In this document: positions 17,885-26,655 of the stretch, piece by piece
How positions within the stretch are numbered: the first letter of the stretch is position 1
Layout of the letters: each line of letters opens with the position of its first letter
Assembly: GCA_934654475.1 (NCBI GenBank)
Contig: CAKUFZ010000003.1
Location: forward strand, 1,811 to 65,810
Direction of reading: 5' to 3'
Length of the DNA: 64,000 bases
DNA from: an uncultured Coriobacteriales bacterium
GTDB lineage: Bacteria > Actinomycetota > Coriobacteriia > Coriobacteriales > UMGS124
The notes under the pieces: model-generated
The model's input: only the letters and a program-made list of their open reading frames with translations
Told to the model about the DNA's origin: nothing
Databases searched by the model: none
Program-made: the position numbers and the translations under genes

Positions 17885-20800
17885 CTACTCCTTGATCAGC
17901 GACTTACTCGTCTGCAAGCCGTTGACACCCGCGCGATAGTAGTTCATGCCCTCCGCTGCAGGATCAGCCGTGAGCCATTCCTTCAGGCGCGGGTCAGTGG
18001 ACTCCCAGATGACGGGGTTGCCGTCGGGGTCGCAAGGCACGGGGTTGCCGAAGGGCGAGTTCTCGGCCGTGGCCTTGTACACCACGCAGGGGATACCGCG
18101 CATCTGAGAGGCGCCGCAGATCCAGCACTGGGCGTACTTGTCGAGCGTGCAGTTGATGTTGACAAGCTCGAAGCCGTGGCTTGCGGTGTCGACCTCGGGG
18201 AACCACCAGCCGTGGTTGGCGTTGGTCGTGCCCTCCTTGATGCCGTAGTACAGGTCGATGACCTCGCGGACCTTGCCCCACGGAGTCTCAATCCACACCC
18301 AGTCGCCCTCTTCCAGACCAAGCTTGGCGGCGTCGGCGGGGTTCATCTCGAAGCGCGGGTAGGGCCACAGCTCGCGGCACCAGGGGAGCTGACGGTGCTC
18401 GGTGTGGAAGTAGACGGGCTGACGGGCACCGGTCGTCATGATGAAGGCGGCCTCGGGGTTGGCAGCAAGGGCGGCCTTGTAGCCTTCCTTGTTGATCATG
18501 TGCTCGTTCTCTTCCATCTTGCCGGCAACAGCCTGGTTCTCGCCGATCTGGTCGACCAGGGCTGCGTCGTAGAACTCCGGGTTGGCGATTTTGGAGTTCT
18601 GCGGCTCACGCCAGTGCGGGAACTTGTCCTCGTCGTCGATGTAGGACTCCATGATCGTGGACCAGATCTCCACCTTGGCGGTGGGGGTCATGAAGCCGGC
18701 CTTCTCGTCGACGGCGGGATACAGGTTGTAGCCACCCTCCTGACGACGATAGCCCATCTCCCAGCGGCGGTAGGTGCCCCAGCGCTCGGGATGGTACTTG
18801 CGGCAGTCGAACCAACCCTCTTCCTGGAACTTGGCGGCGTACTCCTCGAAGGTGGGGCCGTCGGGGAACTCGGGCGTCTTCCAAGCGTCGCAGGCAGCCT
18901 TCAGAACGCGGGCCTCCTGCTCCTCGTAGGACACGGTGCCGCCGCACTGGACGAAGTCCTCGACGTTGAGGTTGAGCCACTCGTCGTAGGCCGGGTCGGT
19001 GTTGTTGAACGGCACGCCCATGGCCTTGTAGAGAAGCACGACGAACACGGGGTCAAAGATGCACTCGCCCTCGGGCTGCTTGGCGCGCTGGCCGGCGCCG
19101 AAGACGCCGCCTGCACCCTGCGAGACGCGCGTGGTGTTGACCTCGAGCCAGTGCAGGCAGGGGAACACGACGTCGGCGCAGCCGTTGTTGGGGCAGCTCC
19201 ACAGGTTGATGTCAACCCAGAAGTCGAGCTTGGTGAGAGCCTCCCAGGCCTCGGTCAGGTTGGACTCGTTCATGAAGTCGCCCGACATGCACACGCCGGC
19301 GTGGATCTGGTAGGGCGTGTCGATCTCGTTGATGGAGTCCCAGATGGTGGCGGAGTCGGCCCAACGGTTCCAGTAGCGCAGCAGCGGGAAGCGCTCGGCA
19401 CTGATCTGCTTGGCGTTGCGCTCCCAGCTCGTCTTGGGGTTCGGCCAAGCGGTGGAGGGACGGTACGCGCCGCCCTTGCGCTCGGCGATCCAGCGGGCCT
19501 CCTCGTCGGTGGGGACCTTGTTGTCGTAACGCTCGGCCAGGGGCGAGTCGTTGTCGATCAGGTACTGGACGAAGTCCTGGATCTCGGGGATCTGGTCCTC
19601 GATGGACTTGTCACGACCCTCCCACGTGATGGCGTTCTCGCCGTAGTCGGTGGAAAGCATCGTGGCGCGGCCGGGGCAGCCGTCGACCTCAGCCTTGGAG
19701 GAACCGCGGTTGCCGGCAGGCTCGTCGGAGTTGCCCGTGATGCAGGCGATGATCTGCAGGGCGCGGGTGTTCTGGACGGCGTGGCCGGTCTGGTCGGGAG
19801 CGAGCTGGTAGTGGATGCCGCCGTTGCCCATGGCCGGGTCGATACGGGTCGTGTAGGTCTTCACGGCCTGCTCGATGAGCTCGGCCGGGACCTCGGTGAC
19901 CTCCTCGGCGTACTCAAGGGTGTAGGGCTCGAGGTTCTCGGCGAAGGCGTCCCACACGGTACGGGCGACATGCTTGCTGCCGTCCTTCCACGTGACCTCG
20001 ACCTCTCCCGGGAAGAGCGAAGGAAGCTTGGGCAGACCCTCGGGGTTGCACTCCTCGGAGCCGGCCGGGAAACGGTCGGGCTCGGTGGCGGGGTCGGCGA
20101 AGGTCGAGATGTCGGGCAGCCATGCGTCGGCGGCCAGCGGCTTGTAGGGATGCTCGACCCACATGCCGGTGGTGGGGATGCGATGCTCCTCGCCCTCCCA
20201 CTGGCAGGCCTCGGAGTCCCAGTAGGTGAGGCGCTCGTTGGCCTCGTCCCACACCATGAAGCGCTTGGGGGAGCCGTCCTCCTTGAGGTCGGCCTCGGTG
20301 AGCAGGCGGGTCCTCATGTGGATGCCGCCGTTCATCTCCATGAACCAAACGCCGTCGCCGGGCTCGCCCTCCTTCTCCTTGTCCTCGCACCAAAGGAACG
20401 GAGCGTTGGTCCAACGGCGCACGAAGGCGTCATCGTAGGCCTCGTTGTCGACGATCCACTTCAGCCAGGACAGCGACAGGCACAAGTCGGTGCCGACACG
20501 CAGGGGCAGCCAGATGGAGCTCTCCTTGCCCAGCGGGGTCAGACGCGGGTCGACCAGGATGTGGCAGGCAGCGTGCTGCGCAACGTCGGTGACGGTACGG
20601 TTGTTGGAGTCGTAGTTGGAGTACTCAGCGGCGGTGCCCCACTGCACGTAGACCTTGGGCTCAGCCTCGACCTCCATCCACGGGGAGCCGATCTCGTCGG
20701 TCAGGATGCCGCCGAAGTGACGCGGGCCCTTGCAGATCTCGTAGGCAAGGTGAGCGTTGGGCGTGCCGAAGACCTGCTTGAGGGTTCCGTAGGGAGCCTG

Positions 20801-21283
20801 GGTCCAAACGCGGGAGGTGCCGCCCATGGCGAAGACAGACTCGCCGCCGTACTTGTTGACGATCTCGGTGAGCTTCTCGCCCACGAGGTCGAAGCCCTCC
20901 TTGAGGGAGATGCGAACCCAGCCCGGATCGTCCTCGCCCTTGGGGTTGGTGCGCTTCATGGGGTAACGCAGGCGATCGGGGTGGTAGGCAGCCTGCATCG
21001 AAGCCTGGGACTTCGAGCAGCAGTGGCCGCGGCCGTGAGGCGTGGACTCGTCGCCCTCGACCTTGACGACCTTGCCGTCCTCAACGGTGACCCAAACGCC
21101 GCACTCGACCTTACCGCAGGCGCGGCAGGTGGAACGGATGCGCTTGACCTCGCCAGCGGTCTCGTCGGCACCCTCCGCGAGCGCCTTCATGGGCTCGGGG
21201 GCGCCCCCGGCCATGGCGCAGGCGGCGGCCGTGACGGCGGCGACCTTGACGAAGCTACGGCGGCTCATGCTGAGCTTGGCCAT
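17885..21283 (-). CDS. Tat-exported bis-MGD molybdopterin oxidoreductase catalytic subunit (DmsA-superfamily, unusually large)
   Basis: GAGAGGAG RBS. Twin-arginine signal MAKLSMSRRSFVKVAAVTAAA. N-terminal Fe-S motif CRACGKVEC..HCC. 1132 aa with molybdopterin-binding regions and a C-terminal beta-barrel region (..GDWVWIETPWGKV..). Confidence 0.85.
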   Translation of the reverse strand: MAKLSMSRRSFVKVAAVTAAACAMAGGAPEPMKALAEGADETAGEVKRIRSTCRACGKVECGVWVTVEDGKVVKVEGDESTPHGRGHCCSKSQASMQAAYHPDRLRYPMKRTNPKGEDDPGWVRISLKEGFDLVGEKLTEIVNKYGGESVFAMGGTSRVWTQAPYGTLKQVFGTPNAHLAYEICKGPRHFGGILTDEIGSPWMEVEAEPKVYVQWGTAAEYSNYDSNNRTVTDVAQHAACHILVDPRLTPLGKESSIWLPLRVGTDLCLSLSWLKWIVDNEAYDDAFVRRWTNAPFLWCEDKEKEGEPGDGVWFMEMNGGIHMRTRLLTEADLKEDGSPKRFMVWDEANERLTYWDSEACQWEGEEHRIPTTGMWVEHPYKPLAADAWLPDISTFADPATEPDRFPAGSEECNPEGLPKLPSLFPGEVEVTWKDGSKHVARTVWDAFAENLEPYTLEYAEEVTEVPAELIEQAVKTYTTRIDPAMGNGGIHYQLAPDQTGHAVQNTRALQIIACITGNSDEPAGNRGSSKAEVDGCPGRATMLSTDYGENAITWEGRDKSIEDQIPEIQDFVQYLIDNDSPLAERYDNKVPTDEEARWIAERKGGAYRPSTAWPNPKTSWERNAKQISAERFPLLRYWNRWADSATIWDSINEIDTPYQIHAGVCMSGDFMNESNLTEAWEALTKLDFWVDINLWSCPNNGCADVVFPCLHWLEVNTTRVSQGAGGVFGAGQRAKQPEGECIFDPVFVVLLYKAMGVPFNNTDPAYDEWLNLNVEDFVQCGGTVSYEEQEARVLKAACDAWKTPEFPDGPTFEEYAAKFQEEGWFDCRKYHPERWGTYRRWEMGYRRQEGGYNLYPAVDEKAGFMTPTAKVEIWSTIMESYIDDEDKFPHWREPQNSKIANPEFYDAALVDQIGENQAVAGKMEENEHMINKEGYKAALAANPEAAFIMTTGARQPVYFHTEHRQLPWCRELWPYPRFEMNPADAAKLGLEEGDWVWIETPWGKVREVIDLYYGIKEGTTNANHGWWFPEVDTASHGFELVNINCTLDKYAQCWICGASQMRGIPCVVYKATAENSPFGNPVPCDPDGNPVIWESTDPRLKEWLTADPAAEGMNYYRAGVNGLQTSKSLIKE

Positions 21284-21623
21284 ATCGTGCTCCTCTCTTC
21301 TTTCCTACATGACGTATGTGCTCGTGTGCATGCCGTGCCCCTGTGCGGGGAGGCTCGCGTCCTTGCACGCTTCCAGACTCTAGGGGCGCCGCACCTCTAC
21401 CCCCTCATTCCAACGGGTGGTTTTGGCTATTTGAGCGCTCTACACCAAACGGGATGATTGTGTCTGTGTGCGGATGGTCTATAACGTAACAGCAGGTACA
21501 TGGCTCATCTTGAAGTTGTTGGCATTATTGGGATACTCAAGTAGAATCATTCGGGGACAAACCGCGCGCCCACAGTCATGCCGGACGCGCAAAGCGGCAT
21601 ATGCCGCGGGACGGGGGGATTGG

Positions 21624-23294
21624 ATGGCACTGCGCATACCAAAGGTGAGCCTTCACGTGGAGGCAGCCGACGAGGGCGACTTGGGAGAGGTGCACGGCGA
21701 GGCCTTGGGCTTGGGCCTCATGCTTCTGCTTGCCCTCGACATGATGCTTGGAGGCGATCAGGGCTCAGGTGTCATGCCTGGCCTCATGCGCTACGCCTTC
21801 TGCGCGGCGGCCGCCGTCATGTTGCTCTGCGGCGCCCTTGTCGACAACCGCGTGCATGCGGTTTTCCGCACCTACAAGCCCGTTGTCGTCGCGATGGCGT
21901 TTTTCGTTCCCGGCGCCTTCTGCGGCATCGCCGGCGGCCACATAGACCCCTCGATGCAAACAGCGTTTCCGCTCATCGGCGGCATCTGCAACGGCCTGAG
22001 CATGGGCCTGTTCGTCTTTTTGTGGGGCATCAGCTTCGGGCGCCTGGGCCTGCGCGACATCACGCTGAACTCCGTGATCGGCGTGATCGGCGGCATCGGC
22101 GCCTATGTTCTGCTGCGAACCTTCCTGCCCGAGTCCCCTTTGCTGCATGCCGTCATCTCGCTTTTGCAGCTCGCCCACCTGGTGCTTCTGCGCACGCGCG
22201 TGACCGACCGCCTGCCCGACCCCGACATGCGCGAGAACACCTATTTCGCCGAACTCAAGGTCAAGCGTGGGTCGCTTGCGCTCGTGACGTTCCCCGCAAT
22301 GTTCTGCATGGGCCTGATTCTGGGCAACATCATCATGCATGCAGGCGTCATCATGAAGCCGCAGACGGGCCTTGTGGGGGCGCTTCTGTGCATCTTCCTC
22401 GTGCTTGTGGGAGGGGCGCTGGTGCTTGCGGTGTGCACGACCACCAGGCGACGCGACCAGTCGTTCGGCAGGGCATTTCACTCCATGGTGCCCATCATCG
22501 CCATTCTCATGCCGCCTTTGGCCCTCTCCGTCACCCAGGGCCTGTCTTTTGACAACCAGCTGCTGCTCATCAACTTCACCATCGTTGCCTCGATGGCATG
22601 GGCTTACCTGGGCTCGCTTGCCCAGGGCTTCCGCCTGTCGCCGGTGTTCCTGTTCGGCCTGGGACAGGGCGGCCTCGCACTGGGCTACGTGCTCGCCGCG
22701 CCTGTCAACGCGCTCGTCGCAAACACCATCGCCCAGAACATGCCGAGCAACGTGCTTGCCCTCGTAGTAAGCCTCATCGCGCTTGCAATCGCCAGCTCGC
22801 TGTTGCCGCGCCGCGAGGACATCATGGCCATCGTGGTGCACTCCTTCAAGCCGGCGGAGATGTGGGGCGCCGACGAGGAGGTCGAAGGCGCTCAGACTGG
22901 CGACGCCCAGACCGCACGGCAGGCCGGGGCCTGGGAGGCGGGGGCCGAGCGCGCGGGACGGCGCAACGACAACGCCATCCCCAAGAGCCACGGCGGCACA
23001 CCGTATGCCCAGCCCACGCCGCTGGCGGCCGCAGGCGCCGTCGCCGAGACCGACGAGGTGCGCAAGGGTCGCTTCGTGCGCCGCTGCGAGTACGTCGCCG
23101 ACACCTACCTGCTGTCGCGCCGCGAGACCGACGTGCTCTTCCTGCTGGCAAAGGGGCGCAACGTCGGCTACATCACCCAGCAACTCTGCATCTCCGAGGG
23201 CACCGCAAAGACGCACGTGAACCACGTGTACAAGAAATGCGGCGTGCATTCCCGCCAGGAACTCATCTGCCTCATCGACTCCTTCGACGCGTAG
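21624..23294 (+). CDS. Membrane-spanning LuxR-family transcriptional regulator
   Basis: Track ORF 21468..23294; the start at ATG 21624 (G-rich RBS) is preferred but uncertain. Multi-TM body plus LSRRETDVLFLLAKGRNVGYITQQLCISEGTAKTHVNHVYKKCGVHSRQEL. Divergent from the DmsA-like gene. Confidence 0.75.
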   Translation: MALRIPKVSLHVEAADEGDLGEVHGEALGLGLMLLLALDMMLGGDQGSGVMPGLMRYAFCAAAAVMLLCGALVDNRVHAVFRTYKPVVVAMAFFVPGAFCGIAGGHIDPSMQTAFPLIGGICNGLSMGLFVFLWGISFGRLGLRDITLNSVIGVIGGIGAYVLLRTFLPESPLLHAVISLLQLAHLVLLRTRVTDRLPDPDMRENTYFAELKVKRGSLALVTFPAMFCMGLILGNIIMHAGVIMKPQTGLVGALLCIFLVLVGGALVLAVCTTTRRRDQSFGRAFHSMVPIIAILMPPLALSVTQGLSFDNQLLLINFTIVASMAWAYLGSLAQGFRLSPVFLFGLGQGGLALGYVLAAPVNALVANTIAQNMPSNVLALVVSLIALAIASSLLPRREDIMAIVVHSFKPAEMWGADEEVEGAQTGDAQTARQAGAWEAGAERAGRRNDNAIPKSHGGTPYAQPTPLAAAGAVAETDEVRKGRFVRRCEYVADTYLLSRRETDVLFLLAKGRNVGYITQQLCISEGTAKTHVNHVYKKCGVHSRQELICLIDSFDA

Positions 23295-23308
23295 GAGCCA
23301 GCCGGGTG

Positions 23309-23351
23309 CCCGGGTGGCGAGCTGGGGCCCGGGTGGCGAGCTGGGGCCCGG
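23309..23351. repeat. Perfect 19-bp tandem duplication (cccgggtggcgagctgggg x2 plus a partial copy)
   Basis: Read directly at 23309-23327 and 23328-23346, 15 nt after the LuxR stop. Confidence 0.9.
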
Positions 23352-23370
23352 CCGACGCGGTCCAAACGAG

Positions 23371-23420
23371 AAAAGGCCGCCCGCACAAGCCGATTTGAAC
23401 GGCTGTGTGGGCGGCCTTTT
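23371..23420 (+). terminator. Rho-independent (bidirectional-looking) terminator
   Basis: aaaaggccgcccgcaca..tgtgtgggcggcctttt: a 13-bp stem with one G:T pair, A-run before and T-run after. Confidence 0.7.
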
Positions 23421-23440
23421 GCGTGCCGGCGCTGAAAATC

Positions 23441-23570
23441 TGCGTACGTTTGCGTTTTAATGTCTCACCCTTCTGTAGGGCGACATTGGGCCACATCATC
23501 GTCCCAGGTAAATGGGGAGCAGCCGGCTGGGCTACTGACCCCTCTCCCATTAAAACGCAAACATGCGTTG
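23441..23570. repeat. TIR-bounded element of about 130 bp (MITE-like or structured RNA), copy 1
   Basis: Arms tgcgtacgtttgcgttttaatg (23441-23462) and cattaaaacgcaaacatgcgttg (23548-23570), with 15 bp perfectly inverted. Followed by T7. The arm consensus is shared with 46773-46899. Confidence 0.65.
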
Positions 23571-23587
23571 TTTTTTTCCGCCTGGAC

Positions 23588-25366
23588 CTAGGGACGCAGG
23601 CCCAAGACGCTGGAACAGTACTGTTGGCCGCTCATGGTAGCCGGGGCCTCGGCTCCGAGGGCCTCGAGCGCCACCGTGGGTCGCAGGAGCGCGACCTGCT
23701 CCCCCGCCTCTGTGCGCGTACGGTGAAACGAGGCGCCCAAACGCCGCGCCGCCTCGGCGGGCATGCGCTGGATATACGAGACCACAAGCTCATCGGTGCA
23801 GCTAGACAGGGTCGAGCCGAGCTGTTTGACATCGGAGAGCCCTTCGTTGGCACCCAAGGCGACCACAAGGCGCGGGCGCACGCCCACAAGCGCATCGGGA
23901 CGGCAGATGTAGGCGCGCTTGTCCATGAGGGGCACGACCTCGCCGTGGACACGGGCGCCGTAGGCCTCGACAGGCGCCATGGCCAGGCCGGGTTCGAAGA
24001 CGCTGCGCTGGGCAACGGCGAAAAGACCGGCGGCGTCCAAGGCGACAAGGTCGTCGCCAAGCAGCGGGAACAGCTGGCGAAACGCCGGGGTCCTCGCCGG
24101 GTCGATGGCCTCAAGCAGGCGAAAGCCGCGCGGGGTGGCCGCACAGGCCTTGAAGAGCGTCTGCGCCTCATGGACGCGCGCTGCGAGCTGGCGTGCTCCG
24201 GAGAAGGGCGCATTGCCCGCGTCGACCTCGGCGCAGGTATCCCGCAACGCCTGGGCAATGCCCTTGCTCCCAGACGTCGCGTAGGCCTGGAGGTTTGCCC
24301 AGGCAGTCGCACCGAGGTCCGTGTAGCCCAGCGAGCACCAGGTGCGCCAGCTTGCCGCGTCATCCTCGTCGGCCAAAAGACCCAGGGCGGCAAAACAGCG
24401 CAAGGGGGCGCAACCTTTCGGATCGCGCGGGTCGCAGGCAAGGGGGCCGACGTAGGCCGTATCGCACACCTCGATGCCGGCATTCGCAAGCGACTGCGAG
24501 ATGCGGCGGGCCCACGGGCGGTTGGGCGGGACGAGAGCCACGGGGCCTTCGCCCACGCGTGCGCCGGATAGCACACGATCGGCAAGCGCAGTGATGCCCG
24601 CGGCCTCCTCAGCGGCATCGCCCCACTTCACAGCCTGAGAACGGGCCGCATTCATGCGGCGAGAGGGCTGGGGCAAAGCATGAACGCCTTCGGGACCCGC
24701 GAGGGAAAGAAACGCGCGCGGGTCGGCCGCATCCGCATCCGAGGCGCCTTTGCGATCGGCGTCGCCCACAAGGAAGAGACTTGCCTGGGCAAGACGTGCC
24801 ACAAGCCTCAAAGCCTCCGGGGGCACCGCGTCGGCGTCGTCGACGAGGACGTGGGCTACGGTCTGCCCGCCCTCCCCTGCTGCGGCAAGGCAAGCGCAAG
24901 CCTGGGCAACAAGGGACTCCGGCAGCACGGCATTGCGTGCGGCAAGGGCATCGAGCAGGGCTTTCAGGCAGGCGTCCTGCTCCTGCCCGTCAGAGGGCGC
25001 GCCATCCCCACTTGCCCACATGGCCACCGCCTGGGTCTGGGCGCATGCGATATCCTCGGCAGAGAAACCTGCCGCACGCAGGTCGGCAAGGAGAAGCGCA
25101 CGCTCCGTGGCACCGAGCACGCGTGGGGAGCCCGCGAGCTCGTGGACAAGCCTGCGCCAGGAGTCAACGCGGGGCGTGCGGCCCTCGCCAAGGTCGGCGA
25201 CAAGGCGTATTGCCAGCTCAAGGGCCCCATCGGCATTCGGCGTCACCACAAGCACGTCTGCGGGCACAGCACCGGCGTCCAACACGTCATGCACGTGCGC
25301 GACAAGCGCCCGCGTCTTGCCCGAGCAGGCACCGCCCGTCAGGACCTCGACCTTGGGGGCGCTCAT
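23588..25366 (-). CDS. UvrD-like P-loop NTPase, degenerate helicase motifs (second of a pair)
   Basis: Track ORF trimmed to ATG 25366, 2 nt after the upstream stop. Walker A GGACSGKT. The motif II position reads VLVDDADA instead of DExx. UvrD-like C-terminal half (..VALVPPNRPWARRISQSLANAGIEV..). No nuclease domain seen. Confidence 0.6.
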   Translation of the reverse strand: MSAPKVEVLTGGACSGKTRALVAHVHDVLDAGAVPADVLVVTPNADGALELAIRLVADLGEGRTPRVDSWRRLVHELAGSPRVLGATERALLLADLRAAGFSAEDIACAQTQAVAMWASGDGAPSDGQEQDACLKALLDALAARNAVLPESLVAQACACLAAAGEGGQTVAHVLVDDADAVPPEALRLVARLAQASLFLVGDADRKGASDADAADPRAFLSLAGPEGVHALPQPSRRMNAARSQAVKWGDAAEEAAGITALADRVLSGARVGEGPVALVPPNRPWARRISQSLANAGIEVCDTAYVGPLACDPRDPKGCAPLRCFAALGLLADEDDAASWRTWCSLGYTDLGATAWANLQAYATSGSKGIAQALRDTCAEVDAGNAPFSGARQLAARVHEAQTLFKACAATPRGFRLLEAIDPARTPAFRQLFPLLGDDLVALDAAGLFAVAQRSVFEPGLAMAPVEAYGARVHGEVVPLMDKRAYICRPDALVGVRPRLVVALGANEGLSDVKQLGSTLSSCTDELVVSYIQRMPAEAARRLGASFHRTRTEAGEQVALLRPTVALEALGAEAPATMSGQQYCSSVLGLRP

Positions 25367-25368
25367 GG

Positions 25369-26436
25369 CTAAGCCCACGTTCCAGCAACACTGTCGAGCG
25401 TGCGTACGATGCCATCGGCCAGACGCACGTCCCACATCGTGTAATCCAGGCTCCCCAGGTTGTCGCTTGCGTGCTTCAGACGCGCAGGAGCCTCGGGTTC
25501 GGCAGGCTGCTCCCCACCTGCGGGAACATCCTTTCCTGCAGACTCGACACTATCGGCGGACACAGCATCCTCAGCAGGCTGCTCAGCCGCATCGTCGCAG
25601 GCAGATTGTTTGTCACCCGCGAGCCTGAGGCTCTCGGCAGGGGTAGCCTGAGCCTCGGCGGCCTCAGCAGGGGCGGCCTGGGCCTCGGCAGACTTAACAG
25701 GGGCGGCTTGGGCCTCGCCGTTCTCGCCATCCACAGGCTCGGCCTTGGCCTGGGCAGCCTCTCCCTCGGCGGCCTCATCAGCCTGCGTACCGGCGCTCTT
25801 GCCAGCAGCCATCTCGCTCTTGCCAGCAGCCATCTCGCTCTCGCCGGCAGCCTCACCGACAGCTGGCTCGCCCTCGCCAGCGGCCTCCGCTGCAGCGGCG
25901 GCCTCAGCCTGCACGCGGGCCTTCTCAACCTGCTCGGCCAGGCTTACGGCGGCAGGTGCCTCGATGCCCGCCATGTCGGCAGGCAGAACGCCCTGGGCAA
26001 GCAGCTCGCGCACGCGACTGGCAACGGCCACCACGTCGGGCAGCTCGTCGCCCTGCGCGCAGGCGATGCCGAAAGCGTAAGGCTTCATGTCGAGCTCGAC
26101 GCGGTCATAGGAAACCGTCTGATGCCCCGCCTCGCTGCGCGACTTGTTGAAGTTGGCGATGGTGGAGGCAACCTTGTACGCCTTTGCCTCAAGCCAGGTG
26201 CGCATGGCGTCCCACATCTGGTCGCCCTCGCCTTCGCTCGTCCAATACGGCCTGCTCATGCGGCAAATGAGGCGCATCTCGTTGTTCACGGGGGCCTCAG
26301 GCACGCAAGGCTCGTGCGAGACCACCGTGATGGGGCCCACGTAGGCAAAGGAGCGCTTGATGTCGGCCGCAACGTCGGCGTTGTGCTCGCGGGAGTCAAG
26401 GCTGACCTTTTCGATGAGGGAGGGATGGATGAGCAT
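25369..26436 (-). CDS. Hypothetical protein: about 150-aa N-terminal globular domain plus a long Ala/Glu/Gly-rich repeat region
   Basis: Track ORF trimmed to ATG 26436 (GGAGAC upstream). The disordered region contains SEMAAGK x2, encoded by a perfect 21-bp tandem at 25797-25838, and AEAQAAP-type repeats. Confidence 0.6.
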   Translation of the reverse strand: MLIHPSLIEKVSLDSREHNADVAADIKRSFAYVGPITVVSHEPCVPEAPVNNEMRLICRMSRPYWTSEGEGDQMWDAMRTWLEAKAYKVASTIANFNKSRSEAGHQTVSYDRVELDMKPYAFGIACAQGDELPDVVAVASRVRELLAQGVLPADMAGIEAPAAVSLAEQVEKARVQAEAAAAAEAAGEGEPAVGEAAGESEMAAGKSEMAAGKSAGTQADEAAEGEAAQAKAEPVDGENGEAQAAPVKSAEAQAAPAEAAEAQATPAESLRLAGDKQSACDDAAEQPAEDAVSADSVESAGKDVPAGGEQPAEPEAPARLKHASDNLGSLDYTMWDVRLADGIVRTLDSVAGTWA

Positions 26437-26655
26437 GGAAGTCTCCAATCTTGCAGGGGTGCGCAGCGGAAACACCGACGCACACCCCCGCGTCAATCCG
26501 GTGATAAACAGGCGCGGCAAGGCGCCCAAAGATGCGTTCGAGCACTGTCGAAAACGCCCCAGGCGGTGAGCAGGCAGGCTTTTCAGCATCCACCATTACA
26601 ACGGCGCAGGTAGAAAGCGCGCTCAATGAGGCCGCCTGTACTCGATTGCTGTTTT

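Noticed and set aside
17885-21283. Possible selenocysteine (in-frame TGA) or frameshift in the molybdoenzyme gene
   Set aside because: The ORF is uninterrupted from the Tat signal to the C-terminal domain, and no in-frame TGA needs to be read through.
21398-21417. Shared motif cccgttgg..atgagggggt upstream of the DmsA-like gene and at 35810-35869 upstream of the third LuxR gene
   Set aside because: Only about 10-nt blocks match, with different spacing and orientation relative to the genes. In GC-rich DNA this is within chance expectation, so it is not reported as a regulatory site.
17657-21457. 1266-aa plus-strand ORF opposite the molybdopterin oxidoreductase gene
   Set aside because: It is an antisense shadow ORF with a low-complexity G/A/V/L/D/H composition. 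The minus strand carries a Tat signal, an Fe-S motif and an operon context.
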